From Macrostomum lignano (lineage: Eukaryota), in contig NIVC01002232.1 of assembly GCA_002269645.1 (NCBI GenBank), positions 1-64,000 of the forward strand: a DNA stretch of 64,000 bases. The letters are read 5' to 3'. The position numbers and the translations under genes were made by a program. Shown here in pieces: positions 25,936-38,644 of the stretch. Below the pieces are notes generated by a model. It worked only from the letters and a program-made list of their open reading frames with translations, did no database searches and had not been told where the DNA came from. Numbering within the stretch: position 1 is the stretch's first letter; each line of letters begins with the position of its first letter.

Positions 25936-28900
25936 GGTTATTTAGTTTCCCCATTTCCCCAGCACAGTTAAGGATGGCCAGCTGGGTTGTTTCAAGCAAT
26001 TAAATATTAAATAATGGTTGAAAAGCCAGGCACAGCTGGCATATAAAATGCTCTCAATTGAAGTGTGAAAATTGCCCCGTTCTCGCAATCCAACCTGAAG
26101 GGGAAAATTGGTGGTCGCAGTGCTGCAAGCGATGAGGAAAAACTGCACTAAACAGCCGGTGCTTACATTGCAGCATCAATTTCAGAATTTGAGTTAAACT
26201 CTGTTCCAGCGCATTATGAATTCTAGCCAGAGTAAATAGGGGTGCACGGACCAGATGGCCCTTAGGTAGTGTTATCATTGGTAAGCTCTTTAACACCAGG
26301 AATGATCCTTTTAAACTCCAATAACTCAGGCTGTAGACTCCAATGCTTCAGGCTGTAGACTCCAATGCTTCAGGCTGTAGACTCCAATGCTTCAGGCTGT
26401 AGACTCTAGTACTTGAGGCTGTAAACTCCAATATTTCAGGCTGTAGACTCCAATACTTCAGGCTGTAGACTCCAATACTTCAGGCTGTAGACTCCAATAC
26501 TTCAGGCTGTAGACTCCAATACTTCAGGCTGTAGACTCTAGTACTTGAGGCTGTAAACTCCAATACTTCAGGCTGTAGACTCTAGTACTTGAGGCTGTAA
26601 ACTCCAATACTTCAGGCTGTAAACTCCAATACTTCAGGCTGTAGACTCCAATACTTCAGGCTGTAGACTCCAATACTTCAGGCTGTAGACTCCAATACTT
26701 CAGGCTGTAGACTCTAGTACTTGAGGCTGTAAACTCCAATACTTCAGGCTGTAGACTCTAGTACTTGAGGCTGTAAACTCCAATACTTCAGGCTGTAAAC
26801 TCCAATACTTCAGGCTGTAGACTCCAATACTTCAGGCTGTAGACTCCAATACTTCAGGCTGTAGACTCTAGTACTTGAGGCTGTAAACTCCAATACTTCA
26901 GGCTGTAAACTCCAATACTTCAGGCTGTAAACTCCAATACTTCAGGCTGTAGACTCCAATACTTCAGGCTGTAGACTCCAATACTTCAGGCTGTAGACTC
27001 TAGTACTTGAGGCTGTAAACTCCAATACTTCAGGCTGTAGACTCTAGTACTTGAGGCTGTAAATTCCAATACTTCAGGCTGTAGACTCCAATGCTTCAGG
27101 CTGTAGACTCCAATACTTCAGGCTGTAAACTCCAATACTTCAGGCTGTAGACTCCAATACTTCAGGCTGTAAACTCCAATACTTCAGGCTGTAGACTCCA
27201 ATGCTTCAGGCTGTAGACTCCAATGCTTCAGGCTGTAGACTCCAATACTTCAGGCTGTAAACTTCAATACTTCAGGCTGTAGACTCCAATGCTTCAGGCT
27301 GTAAACTCCAATACTTCAGGCTGTAGACTCCAATGCTTCAGGCTGTAGACTCCAATACTTCAGGCTGTAAACTTCAATACTTCAGGCTGTAGACTCCTAT
27401 GCTTCAGGCTGTAGACTCCAATGCTAAAAGCAGCACAGAACATCAAAAGTTTACAAACTTCAGCTTCAAAGCTCAGTCCACGCTGACCCAGAGAGATTTG
27501 ACCTCTGCAGCGCACAGCGCAATGCACAGATCTGTCACAGTTCGGCATGCAATCAAGTGAGATTTTGATTCGTCACAAGATCGCAGAGGGGCGCCCTGAT
27601 AGCTGCTGGTACATGCGGATGGTCTGTCCGTCTATCCGACCCCATCTTCATCAAGACCGGCTGTCAAATACTGCGAGTCGCGCAAACAGCTGACCTCAGC
27701 AGTTCACGCGGACACGGAAGCCCCACCGCCCGTGTCCTCCCCTCCTTTCTTAGTTTTGTCTTTTCTGCGAGAATCTTTTAAGCGCTGGTGTTTGTTTAAA
27801 AAATTGTGACTAGCTCGTAATAATATATATCTAAATGCAGCCCAAAATGGCGAAAACGAAGCGGGACGATGGGAGAGGTGAGGGTGAGAGGGGTGAGAGT
27901 GAGAGGGGTGAGAGTGGGAGAGGTGAGAGTGAGAGGGTGAGAGGGGTGAGAGTGAGAGGGGTGAGAGTGGGAGAGGTGAGAGTGAGAGGGGTGATAGGGA
28001 GAGGGAGAGAAGGGTGAGAGGGGTGAGAGGGGTGAAAGAGGTGGGAGGGAGAGGGGTGAGAGGGAGAGGGTGAGGGAGAGAAGGGTGAGAGGGGTGAGAG
28101 GGGTGAGAGGGAGAGAGTGAGAGGGAGAGGGGGAGGGGGAGAGGGGTGAGAGGGTGAAAGGGGTGAGAGGGAGACGGGTGAGAGTGAGAGAGGTGAGAAG
28201 GAGAGAGTTGCGAATGAGAGGGGTAAAAGGGAGAGGGGTGAGAGGGAGAGGGGTGAGAGTGAGAGGGTGAGAGGGAGAGGGAGAGGGAGAAAGGGAGAGG
28301 GGTGAGAGTGAGAGGGGTGAGAGTGAGAGGGGTGAGAGTGAGAGGAGTGAGAGTGAGAGGGGTGAGAGTGAGAGGGGTGAGAGTGAGAGGGGTGAGAGTG
28401 AGAGGGGTGAGAGTGAGAGGGGTGAGAGTGAGAGGGGTGAGAGTGAGAGGGGTGAGAGTGAGAGGGTGAGAGGGAGAGGGAGAGGGAGAAAGGGAGAGGG
28501 GTGAGAGTGAGAGGGTGAGAGGGAGAGGGGTGAGAGTGAGAGGGGTGAGAGTGAGAGGGGTGAGAGTGAGAGGGGTGAGAGTGAGAGGGGTGAGAGTGAG
28601 AGGAGTGAGAGTGAGAGGGGTGAGAGTGAGAGGGGTGAGAGTGAGAGGGGTGAGAGTGAGAGGGGTGAGAGTGAGAGGGGTGAGAGTGAGAGGGGTGAGA
28701 GTGAGAAGTATTAAGGGAAATATGTTACATTCGAGCTCAATGTAGTCAGTTGTTTTGTTTCAGAATTTCCAACATTTCCAAGTTGATCTGACAGATGAGG
28801 CGCTCAGCTTGATTCTGCAAGATTCCTAATTAATGGTTGCAGTGTATAACAGTTATAAGCATATTTGGTCTGCTTCTCTTTGTCCCTTCGATCTACCGCA

Positions 28901-30479
28901 CTATTCAGCAGATCCCAGTTGAAGCAGTTTAACAAAACCCGCTCGGGATCGTCTGCTCATCTTCTACTAAAAGCAGAAATCGATTAGGGCATGAGAAGAA
29001 AGAACAGCAGTTCGCAGAAGACACGGGAGAGCGCACACTTGCTGCCAGGAAAATCCATAGCTACCCAGCTTTTTTACGCTTCTGCTTCAAAAGAGACGGT
29101 CGCTTCCAAGCCAAGAATTGTTTCCTTCTGCTTCTGCTCTTTTGCTGCAGGACTTTTAAAAAATGCAGCCTCTTTCTCTTGAGCATGAGGCGGCAAACTC
29201 CGGCCCGCCAAGCCTCTCTATCCGGCCCTCGGGTCCTTTGAAACTTCACAATAGCAATCCGAGGTCGGTGTCTCGTCTCAGCTTTCGTCTCTTCCCTCTG
29301 CTCTTTTCTCTCTCCCCTCTTCTATTCTCTCCTCTCTCCTCCTCTGTTCTCCCCCTCTTCCCTCCTCCCTTCTCTCCTCCCTCCCCTTTTCTCTCCTCTT
29401 TTTTCTCTCCTCTCATCTAATCTCCTCTCTCTTCCATTCTTCTCTCTTATTTCATCTCTCTTTTCATCTAATCTCTTGCTTCTCGCCTCTTATCTCTTAT
29501 CTCCTCTTTCCTCCTGTCTCACCTCTGTTCCCTCTGCTCTCTCATCTGGCCGTTTAGGTAGGCACAGCGGTTTGACCCATTCCTGCTGTAGAAGCAGGTG
29601 CATCAGCATGGAAACCAGTGGAACTTTCCCTATTTGCCAGTTCAAAAATTCTTTTGGCAAGTTTTTCATCTGTAAAAGTCGCAATTCAGCGAAGCCTTAA
29701 AAACATGCGAAAAAAAGATTTTAAAAAAGCATTTTTTGCTAAAAGAGACTCGCCAGCAGGTTTAAACGCGCCACCGAAAGACACAGAAAAAAGCAAATTT
29801 TAACAGACTATCTAAAAGAAGAGAGAAATACATGACTTGCCAGCCAAGCCTGCAGCTCCCACAGCCCTCAGGGGCATGCGGCAGACTCCTGGAATCTGGA
29901 GGGAAAGGAAGGGTTCAAGTGACTCCCAAACTGTCTGCCTACTGCCCCGCTATCTTAATTCGACCATGGCTTCGAAAAAGCAACTATTCGGCTCTGCTGC
30001 GGGGGGGGCGGCGCCAAGACAACGGATGCCTGCGCGACGTGGGCCCGGAGAAGCAAAAACAGTTTTTCTGCTTTTTTGCGACCCCGACTTGTCCCAGAGA
30101 TGTATCCGCGACCGAGGGAATTAATTCCCGACCCCCGACCCCCCCCCAACCCCACCGACTCCAATAAGCGAAGCAATAAAAGTCCCATTGGAATTCGAAC
30201 ACAAATTGATGTATACAGAAAGCCAGTTGGTCTTCAGATGTGACCGCCGGTGGTCAATCAGCCCGCAGCCTGTGCACCCCCTGAAGGATTACAAAACACT
30301 GGCGAAGCTGCCCGGTTTCTGGGAACTGCAATCGCTTTGTGCTGTCTTGCTGGCTGCGGGCCTGATGAACTCTATAAAAAATAGCCTCACTTTTCCCTGT
30401 CTTCATTTTTCTGTTGCTTTTTTATACCGTGGGGTCCGTGGCTTTTTAGCTGCCTAATTGACTGTGATTGCTGACTTCT

Positions 30480-30510
<31 letters not shown>

Positions 30511-33500
30511 TTTTTCTATTTTATATTTTCAGCGATTCCGGGACCCGATATGACTCACTCAGTTCGTTTCCTTCTCCCATTCTCCCTCTCCCTTCTCCGG
30601 TCCTATCCTCCTCCCTCTCACTCCTCTCCTTCTAACTAACCCTCTCCCTTTCACTCCTCTCCTTCTAACTAACCCTCTCCCTCTCACTCCTCTCCTTCTA
30701 ACTAACCCTCTCCCTCTCACTCCTCTCCTTCTAACTAACCCTCTCCCTCTCACTCCTCTCCTTCTAACTAACCCTCTCCCTCTCACTCCTCTCCTTCTAA
30801 CTAACCCTCTCCCTCTCACTCCTCTCCTTCTAACTAACCCTCTCCCTCTCACTCCTCTCCTTCTAACTAACCCTCTCCCTCTCACTCCTCTCCTTCTAAC
30901 TAACCCTCTCCCTATTACCCCTCGCCCTCTCCCTCTCACTCCTCTTCCTCCCACCCCTCTCCCTCTCACTCCTCTCCCTCTAACTAACCCCTCTCCCTCT
31001 CCCTCCTCTCCCTCTCACACCTCTCCCTCTCACACCTCTCCCTCTCACTCCTCTCCCTCTCACTCCTCTCCCTCTCACTCCTCTTCCTCACACTCTTCTC
31101 CCTCTAACTAACCCCTCTCCCTCCCACACCTCTCCCTCTCACTCCTCTCCCTCCCACACCTCTCCCTCTCACTCCTCTCTCTCCCACCCCTCTTCCTATC
31201 TTTAAAATTCAACTCCTCATTAATCTGCCTCATTACACGTAGCCAGATGCACATTGCTTACTAAGCAAGTTGCTCCGACACACTGAGCTCTTCTAACCTG
31301 CTCTGCCGGCCGTTTCCCAATTCGATCGAAATTGCATTCAAATCCCAAATTCTCCTGTCAGACAAAAGACACACAGGCGCTTTTAAAACATTGCTCCAAC
31401 TGCAGAGTGGGATTATTATCCCATCAACAAATCGGACAAGTCCAATGCACAGTCAGGCTTCTAAGAGGTGGGAAGAGGATCCTAATGAATAATCCATGAG
31501 CAGCACCTAGCGAGGAAACTCCATGATGTCTAACAAATGCTGCTGCCTAATACCTGACACCTCCAGTCGTGGGAGGGAAGAGTTTCCTCACACCTTTACT
31601 GGGGATAACAGGGGATTCCCTCCTACAGTGTTTGAGCTTTATTATTCCCATTGTACCCTGCCGGCGTGGAGTACAAAGGATGGTGAGGAGCGGCGGCGAG
31701 ATTGAGCTGAGACACAGGCATGGAGGAGACAATGGGGAAGCGGGCGGGAACAGTTTTGATGAGGCTTGCAGTTTCCAGTCAATTTATTCAAGAGGCTCAG
31801 TTCTAGCAAACACAATACTGAAACTGAACAAGGGAGTTGGCAATTATTTGTCACGGAACTGGCAGCTCAGCAGTCTGCGCTTCTTGGCGATTTCCTGTAA
31901 ACTGGCCCTGAGTAGAGGAATAGAATGGATTGCTAATCTAGCCAGCATCACTGATGAAGGAATAGAATGGATTGTTAATCTAGCCAGCATCACTGATGAA
32001 GGAATAGAATGGATTGTTAATCTAGCCAGCATCACTGATGAAGGAATATAATGGATTGCTAATCTAGCCAGCATCACTGATGAAGGAATAGAATGGATTG
32101 CTAATCTAGCCAACATCACCGATGAAGGAATATAATGGATTGCTAATCTAGCCAGCATCACTGATGAAGGAATAGAATGGATTGCTAATCTAGCCAACAT
32201 CACCGATGAAGGAATATAATGGATTGCTAATCTAGCCAGCATCACTGATGAAGGAATAGAATGGATTGCTAATCTAGCCAGCATCACTGATGAAGGAATA
32301 TAATGGATTGCTAATCTAGCCAACATCACTGATGAAGGAATACAATGGATTGCTAATCTAGCCAGCATCACTGATGAAGGAATAGAATGGATTGCTAATC
32401 TAGCCGGCATCACTGATGAAGGAATAGAATGGATTGCTAATCTAGCCAGCATCACTGATGAAGGAATAGATTGGATTGCTAATCTAGCCAACATCACCGA
32501 TGAAGGAATAGAATGGATTGCTAATCTAGCAGATATTCCCCCCCCCAAACCGACTTCCAGGCCCCACGAAGATACCTGATGGACTCGAACCAGCTCCCTG
32601 CAGCAGAGCAGCACGGGTTGGGTGAGTGACTTGAATCGAGCTTTTCAGCCCGGAGTTCCGGACCACCCAGCCAAGCCACATCAGCGGATAAAAGCAGCAA
32701 AGCAATTTACTGGATTCTCTTGCACACTTACCTACGAAAGCAGAGGCGCAAAAAATCGCAGAACTTTCCCTAATGGGACTAACGATTCGGGGAATTATCC
32801 CCAGAAGAGCGATGACAAAATTGATAGGCCAAGGAGAAAAGGTGTCCAGCGCGGCGGGGCAGCCCATCAGTCATCTCATTTGGCTAATAAGTTATCGAGG
32901 CGCATCACGGATCCCCACCTGAGAGGCTGCGGGATAATCGGCATGGGATAAAAATCTTTACTTTTCTTTCTCCCACCTGTCTCCCCCCTACCGTTCCACC
33001 CCCCCCCTCTCTCCTGGGATGACAGGAAAATACGCAAGTGTGTTAATATAATGCCTCACAAAAGAGGCTCGGAAGAAGAAGGCCTTTGTCACTTGCACCT
33101 TGACTGGCTGACGGGCCCTGCACCTCAGGGCACAATGAGGCAGATTGCCCAAGACCCAGATAGTTACAGTGCACCTGAAACCGTATTGTTAATGTTAATA
33201 ATATTATTATTGTTTGAAGATTAACATGAAAGCTTCGGGGATGCACAACCAATCGATTAATCATCATCTTCGCGTCCACCTATCGTCGCTTCACGCCCCT
33301 CACTCACTGCCCCTCGCGCTCGTGCAGTATCAAAAGCCAAGGAAGCAGCCGCCCTCAGCCAGCAATGGTGGTCGCAGCCATCAATCAGAAAATTAGTAGC
33401 GAGTCAACTTCACATTTTTATACTCGTAGATCATAAATACAGCATGGCTGAATATTTGTCTTAATTGTGGGCCTCTCGTGACTGACAATGAAAAGAGCCA

Positions 33501-36500
33501 ACCTTGAAAGAAGCGCCAACCCTAGAAGCGCCAACCCTAGAAGAAGCGCCAACCCCAGAAGAAGCGCCAACCCCAGAAGAAGTGCCAACCCCAGAAGAAG
33601 CGCCAACCCCAGAAGAAGCGCCAACCCCAGAAGAAGCGCCAACCCCAGAAGAAGCGCCAACCCTAGAAGCGCCAACAACCAGAAAAAGCGTCAACCCTAG
33701 AAAAAGCGCTAACCCTAGAAACGCCAACCCTAGAAGAAGCGCCAACCCCAGAAGAAGCGCCAACCCCAGAAGAAGCGCCAACCCCAGAAGAAGCGCCAAC
33801 CCCAGAAGAAGCGCCAACCCCAGAAGAAGCGCCAACCCTAGAAGAAGCGCCAACCCCAGAAGAAGCGCCAACCCTAGAAGAAGCGCCAACCCCAGAAGAA
33901 GCGCCAACCCTAGAAAAAGCGCCAACCCCAGAAGAAGCGCCAACCCTAGAAGAAGCGCCAACCCCAGAAGAAGCGCCAACCCCAGAAGAAACGCCAACCC
34001 TAGAAGAAACGCCAGCCCCAGAAGAAACGCCAGCCCCAGAAGAAGCGCCAACCCCAGAAGCGCCAACCCCAGAAGCGCCAACCCCAGAAGCGCCAACCCC
34101 AGAAGCGCCAACCCCAGAAGCGCCAACCCCAGAAGAAGCGCCAACCCCAGAAGAAACGCCAACCCCAGAAGAAGCGCCAACCCCAGAAGAAGCGCCAACC
34201 CCAGAAGAAGCGCCAACCCTAGAAGAAGCGCCAACCCCAGAAGAAGCGCCAACCCCAGAAGAAGCGCCAACTCTAGAAGAAGCGCCAACCCCAGAAGAAG
34301 CACCAACCCTAGAAGAAGCGCCAACCCTAGAAGAAGCGCCAACCCCAGAAGAAGCGCCAACCCTAGAAGAAGCGCCAACCCTAGAAGAAGCGCCAACCCT
34401 AGAAGAAGCGCCAACCCTAGAAGAAGCGCCAACCCCAGAAGAAGCGCCAACCCCAAAAGAAACGCCAACCCTAGAAGAAACGCCAACCCTAGAAAAGCTT
34501 GAAAGCCACTAGCTATGCTGAGTTTGCTCAAAAAGAGAGGTTGAGGGGCTGTGAAATTGAAAATAGCACAGGAGCTTCAGCAGAGAAAAAACGATGGACG
34601 GCAGCATGACGCACTGCATGCAGCAGTTTTCAAAATTTTCAATTGCTCTTTTGTTATAATTTTTCGCGCCCATTCAGTGTGAGCACGTTTCTGCAGCCTC
34701 TTCAGTTAGAGAGAGATGGGGAGAGGCGGGAGAGGAGCAGCTCAGCGATGAAAGTGGAATCCCTCCTTTGTCGACTGCACGAGAGTCTCCCAAGAAAAGG
34801 CCCTCGAGGCGGGGGGGGGGTTAATACTCCTGATTCCTCAACTGTAATTCCCACAGCTAAGCTCTTTTCAAATCCCCTTTTGTTGGTCGCTCGAACGCTC
34901 TCCAAAGGTGAGCACGGCGAGCCTCTCGTATTTCTCTTTTTCTAACCCCAGATGAAGATAAATTGCCTGCTCTCCGAGCAAAATCTCCCATGGGAAATTT
35001 CCCCGCGGGGCTTCGAGTCTCGGGATTCACAAAATCTGCTACCATACGATTACCAGATTACTGGGAGAGGGGATCAAGGAGAGCAGCTGAAGCCTCTTGT
35101 GATAATGTTGGCATCTGCGACACAGATTTCACAATTCTTTGTGCGCACAAACAAGCCAAGGAGTTCCAAGACTATATAATCTGGAATGGAAACTGTTGCA
35201 TGAACAGCCATGGAGTTTTAAATGATAGATGATCATAGAATCTGGAATGGAAACTGTTGCATGAGCAGCCGGGGGATTTTAAATTATAGATGACCATAGA
35301 ATCTGGAATGGAAACTGTTGCATGAGCAGCCATGGACTTTTAAATTATAGAGCCATAAGAGCTCCATAAGATGAGCCAACTGAAGACTAAGATATGGAAC
35401 CTGGAATCGCCAATAATCACTCCGCTTGGTTTTCCATTCCAGGCAGCTACGACTTTATCTAGAAATCCATGACTGAGCAGATTGCGTGCTATCCGTAAAT
35501 GCAACAGCGCAATATAAACTAAGAAACAAAACACGAGCCTATAGGATAATCCTTCACGGATCCACTTCAAATCAAAGCCGCAACCACAGACAGGCCACAG
35601 ATGGCCGCAAACTTCCCTTTTCCTCCCAGATCCCCAAACTTATCTACCTAGCATGAATATAGCCATGGCTATTGGATGATGAAGAACGGGGGTGGCGGGA
35701 GATTTAATCCCTAGCTGGATCTATCTCGTGGAAACGGTCGAGCCATTATCAAGTGGGAATCCGGTAAGGGATATTATATATAGGGGGATATCCGATAGCG
35801 GATCAAGGATGAGAGAGCTACTTTGTATTGCGTTTTCATGGAGTAGACGAATAGAGCGAATGCACATCAAGTTCGGAGGGTTTGGAAAATATACGAGTCA
35901 GTGAAAGAGAATCAGAGAGAGAGAGAGAAAGAGTTCAACTGATAGTATTAGGCATCTGCATGTCGAGCGAAAGACGAATTAACTCGAAAATGGGAGCTCG
36001 CAAAGATCGAATACTTGACTCGAGCGATTCGAGAGAATTAACGATATTAACCTTAATATAAGTGTTTTAGCTAAAGTTAGAAATTGCAACAATGAATTCG
36101 ATTCTGGGGAATCCTGCATCCTTGAACAATATATGTCTGGGTGTTCTAAGATAGCTCCCACTGATTCTTTAATTTGTTTATGGAAGCGCTGACCGAACAA
36201 TAACCAGAACCTTATATAATCCTGTTAGACTGCTTCAACCCACAGATTCGGATCCCAGAATATTCAGAGTGCAGCTTTAGCTAGGAGAGAGCAAAGATTA
36301 AGTTAAGTCCGATTCTAGGGGGGGGGGGCAGAGGAGGGTCTGACCCACGCGCCTCAACCCCTGGTTTGATTCCCTACAAGGCCACATTCATTTGGTGCAG
36401 GTTAAGCAGCGTTGGCCATGGTTAGAACGCTGCCGAATAGCCTGACAAATGTATATACGCGGTCATATATACTCTCTATTTCATAAGCAGGTGTTCAGAC

Positions 36501-38644
36501 AGGTTACAACACTTAATTAGGAGCCACTTTTTCTCTTTTCAGCGCTTAGACGTCGTAGCATACCCAGCTTTTTAATCATACGGATACAACTCAGGGTTCT
36601 TCTAGTGCCTAATTGGCTGTTAAGCTTGGCTCCTTCCACAGCAACCAGCCTAATTAAAGAGACATTTACACTCATTAATAGAAAGCAAAAAATCAGACTT
36701 TTAACGAAAGATCAAAGGTGCACTCAGGTGTGCCTATGATCTCAAAGAGGCAAGAAATTACACACGCTACTTTGCCACCTGCACCCCGGCTCTGAAGAAT
36801 GGCATGACTAGCATATGACTCCCTCATAGTGTTGGTATGCAAACGGATTCGCAAAGTTCTGTAGAATCCCAGTTTCATGACACAGGGGGTTTTTGATTTT
36901 TGCGAAATTCTACTAATTGGGCCCGCGCACTGAGCTGCTTGAGCGACTGTGCCGGCCCTTGATTCTAGATCAAGAAGAATGATTAAATCATAACTCACAG
37001 AGTACACACGGAATTCGAAAGCTTAAACATAATTCTGTCAAATAATAGTAGTTTATAGAACAGAAGTAGAGCAATCAAAATAGCTGAGTCACACACTTCA
37101 CACATGCCTTCTCCTCCTGCTCATAATCTTCCCTATCCTTACTCAAATTTGCACATTAGTGCCAACTTTATTTAATATCTACGGTTAATATTATATCATC
37201 AATCTCACCATCGCACGCTTGAGTCTATAGATAAAGAGTATAGGAAGGAAAAGGCCCATTATTTTATCGCGAGAGAGAGAGAGAGAGAGAGCTGGCTGTG
37301 GTTATAGTGAGCATCTGCGGCTAAGGGATAAGCGGTATCGGAGAGCCCACACTGCAGGGTATCAGTTATCAAGTGACGATCAGTTAGTTATCGGTGAGCA
37401 GTTGCTTGCCCGCCCAGCCCGCGGGGCTAGCAAATAAATAGCGTATCAAGATTTAGAAACTCCCAAGTCAGTGAAGCGGAATTCTCGGGTTCCACTGTAT
37501 GCATATCTACCCAAAGTAGCGAATTGTACACTTATTAGCAAAAAACTCGTTTCAAACTCGCTCATTGCTACTCAAAATGTTCAAAAGTAGGCCTATTAGA
37601 GAGTCGTCATTGAATTTTGATGGAAATCAAGATTTGGCATTGTCGTAAAGCAAGCAGTGACTGGTTGGCGTGAATTGCGCATCTGCAATTTTGGGGCTTG
37701 TGCACACACACCCACGAAGTCCAAAATTACCTCCCCCCCCCCCCAAGGTAGAGAATGTACATGTCTGACGAATAGGCCAGGGCCGCTGTACGCCATGGAT
37801 TTTATGGTGGTGGGGGGGGGGGACAAAGCCAAGAATTCTACATGAACATGTACATTTTTTCAGAATCGGTGTGTCAGTGCTCATTTTGGAGCCGCAGGCA
37901 CTATATTTTATCGTCCTGAAGCAAAATCATCGATTTCCATTACGGGTCATAAGGTTTAGGTGAGGGAGACAATGCATGTCCCCCGGTGGCGATGCCCCTG
38001 CGTGCAGTATACATGCTCAAGAGTCAACGGAATGGGTGCCTGCAGCCCACCTGCAAATATTTCTATTGTTCTACCTTACCTCGTTAACTGAGAATTAGAA
38101 CCCGACTCATTTCAAGCTTCAAATGCCAATCATTGCAGAGTACTTTCCGTTCAAAACGCTGGATAGAAGAATCTACCTACGCGAGGAGCCTTCGCAACAG
38201 CAGCATCTGATGCCAACGCCGCAGATGATGACAGGCGACAGCGGAGTCTACGGCGGCGGCGGCGGAGCAGTCGGGATCAACCACCGGCACTACCAGAGCC
38301 TGTACCACAGCCAGCGCCCCGACCCTCGCCGACAGCAGCAGGATCATCCCCTATTATCGCCGGCATTCGATCGGCCAACAACGGGTTTAATGATCGACTC
38401 GCAGGGGCAGAGGCGCTCCCTGCACAAGTCCGAGTCCGACTTGATGCAGCAGCAAGAGCAGCAGCAGTCATACGAGAACTGCTTCGACGGGCAGCAGCAA
38501 AATCCGCAACAGCAGCTGAGGCAGCAACGCCGCAGGCAGAGTACGAGAACTCTGCGCGTCGGCATCGACAGTCAGGACGCTGCCATGACGATGCAGAACA
38601 GCAATGGAAAGCCTTTCCCAGCTGTGCAGGCCAGCTTTGTGTAA
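21361..38644 (+). CDS. Delta-type protocadherin, about 1218 aa; exons 21361-22029, 22282-22758, 23797-25740, 32561-32621, 38139-38644
   Basis: Signal peptide; seven cadherin repeats (DRE, DxNDxxPxF motifs; EC1 with DRESMC...C); TM segment VVLAVVGIFALLLLLATVLLLLY. Canonical GT-AG junctions rejoin motifs (NLTL|VATD, TAE|VTEND), and the phases 0,0,0,1 give 3657 nt. The last exon is Q-rich and ends ASFV* (class I PDZ-binding). Exons 4-5 are less certain than exons 1-3. Confidence 0.85.
22030..22281 (+). repeat. Protocadherin intron 1: 252-nt, stop-free, C/A-rich repeat (ccactccatcac)
   Basis: CTG|GTGAGA donor, CCCCAG|GTT acceptor; removal restores the cadherin consensus. Confidence 0.85.
22810..23790. 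repeat. 11-bp satellite (CAGTCACCAAT)n filling protocadherin intron 2 (22759-23796)
   Basis: About 90 units that run to within a few nt of the acceptor AG. Confidence 0.97.
25741..25945. repeat. (GTTA)n microsatellite beginning at the intron 3 donor
   Basis: CAG|GTTAGTTGGGTAGTTAGTT... Confidence 0.95.
26322..27425. repeat. 22-bp minisatellite (tcaggctgtagactccaatact)
   Basis: About 50 tandem units. Confidence 0.97.
27865..28705. repeat. GA-rich 15-bp repeat (gagaggggtgagagt)
   Basis: Read directly from the sequence. Confidence 0.95.
29184..29585 (+). mobile_element. hAT-like MITE remnant with internal CT-rich tract
   Basis: 5' ggcggcaaactccggcccgcc and 3' gtttgacccattcctg resemble hAT TIR/subterminal motifs; the internal segment (gcctctctatccggccctc...ctttgaaacttcacaatagcaatc) matches 53950-54060 on the opposite strand. 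Confidence 0.45.
30575..31200. repeat. CT-rich 33-bp repeat (ctaactaaccctctccctctcactcctctcctt)
   Basis: Read directly from the sequence. Confidence 0.93.
31915..32530. repeat. 42-bp minisatellite (gaatggattgctaatctagccagcatcactgatgaaggaata)
   Basis: About 14 units ending ~30 nt before the exon 4 acceptor (32560). Confidence 0.96.
33504..34500 (+). repeat. 18-bp repeat gaagaagcgccaacccca (EEAPTP in one frame), possibly coding
   Basis: More than 50 units; one frame reads EEAPTP/EEAPTL, with one 1-nt frame break near 33680. Confidence 0.9.
35175..35365. repeat. About 60-bp tandem repeat (3 copies; aatctggaatggaaactgttgcatg core)
   Basis: Core recurs at ~35180, ~35238 and ~35299. Confidence 0.85.
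35370..35570 (-). pseudogene. Possible decayed non-LTR retrotransposon ORF2 C-terminal fragment
   Basis: Translation ...GFLDKVVAAWNGKPSGVI... resembles the RVVxxWNxLPxxVV motif at the end of CR1/L2-type ORF2; no RT motifs seen. Confidence 0.3.
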
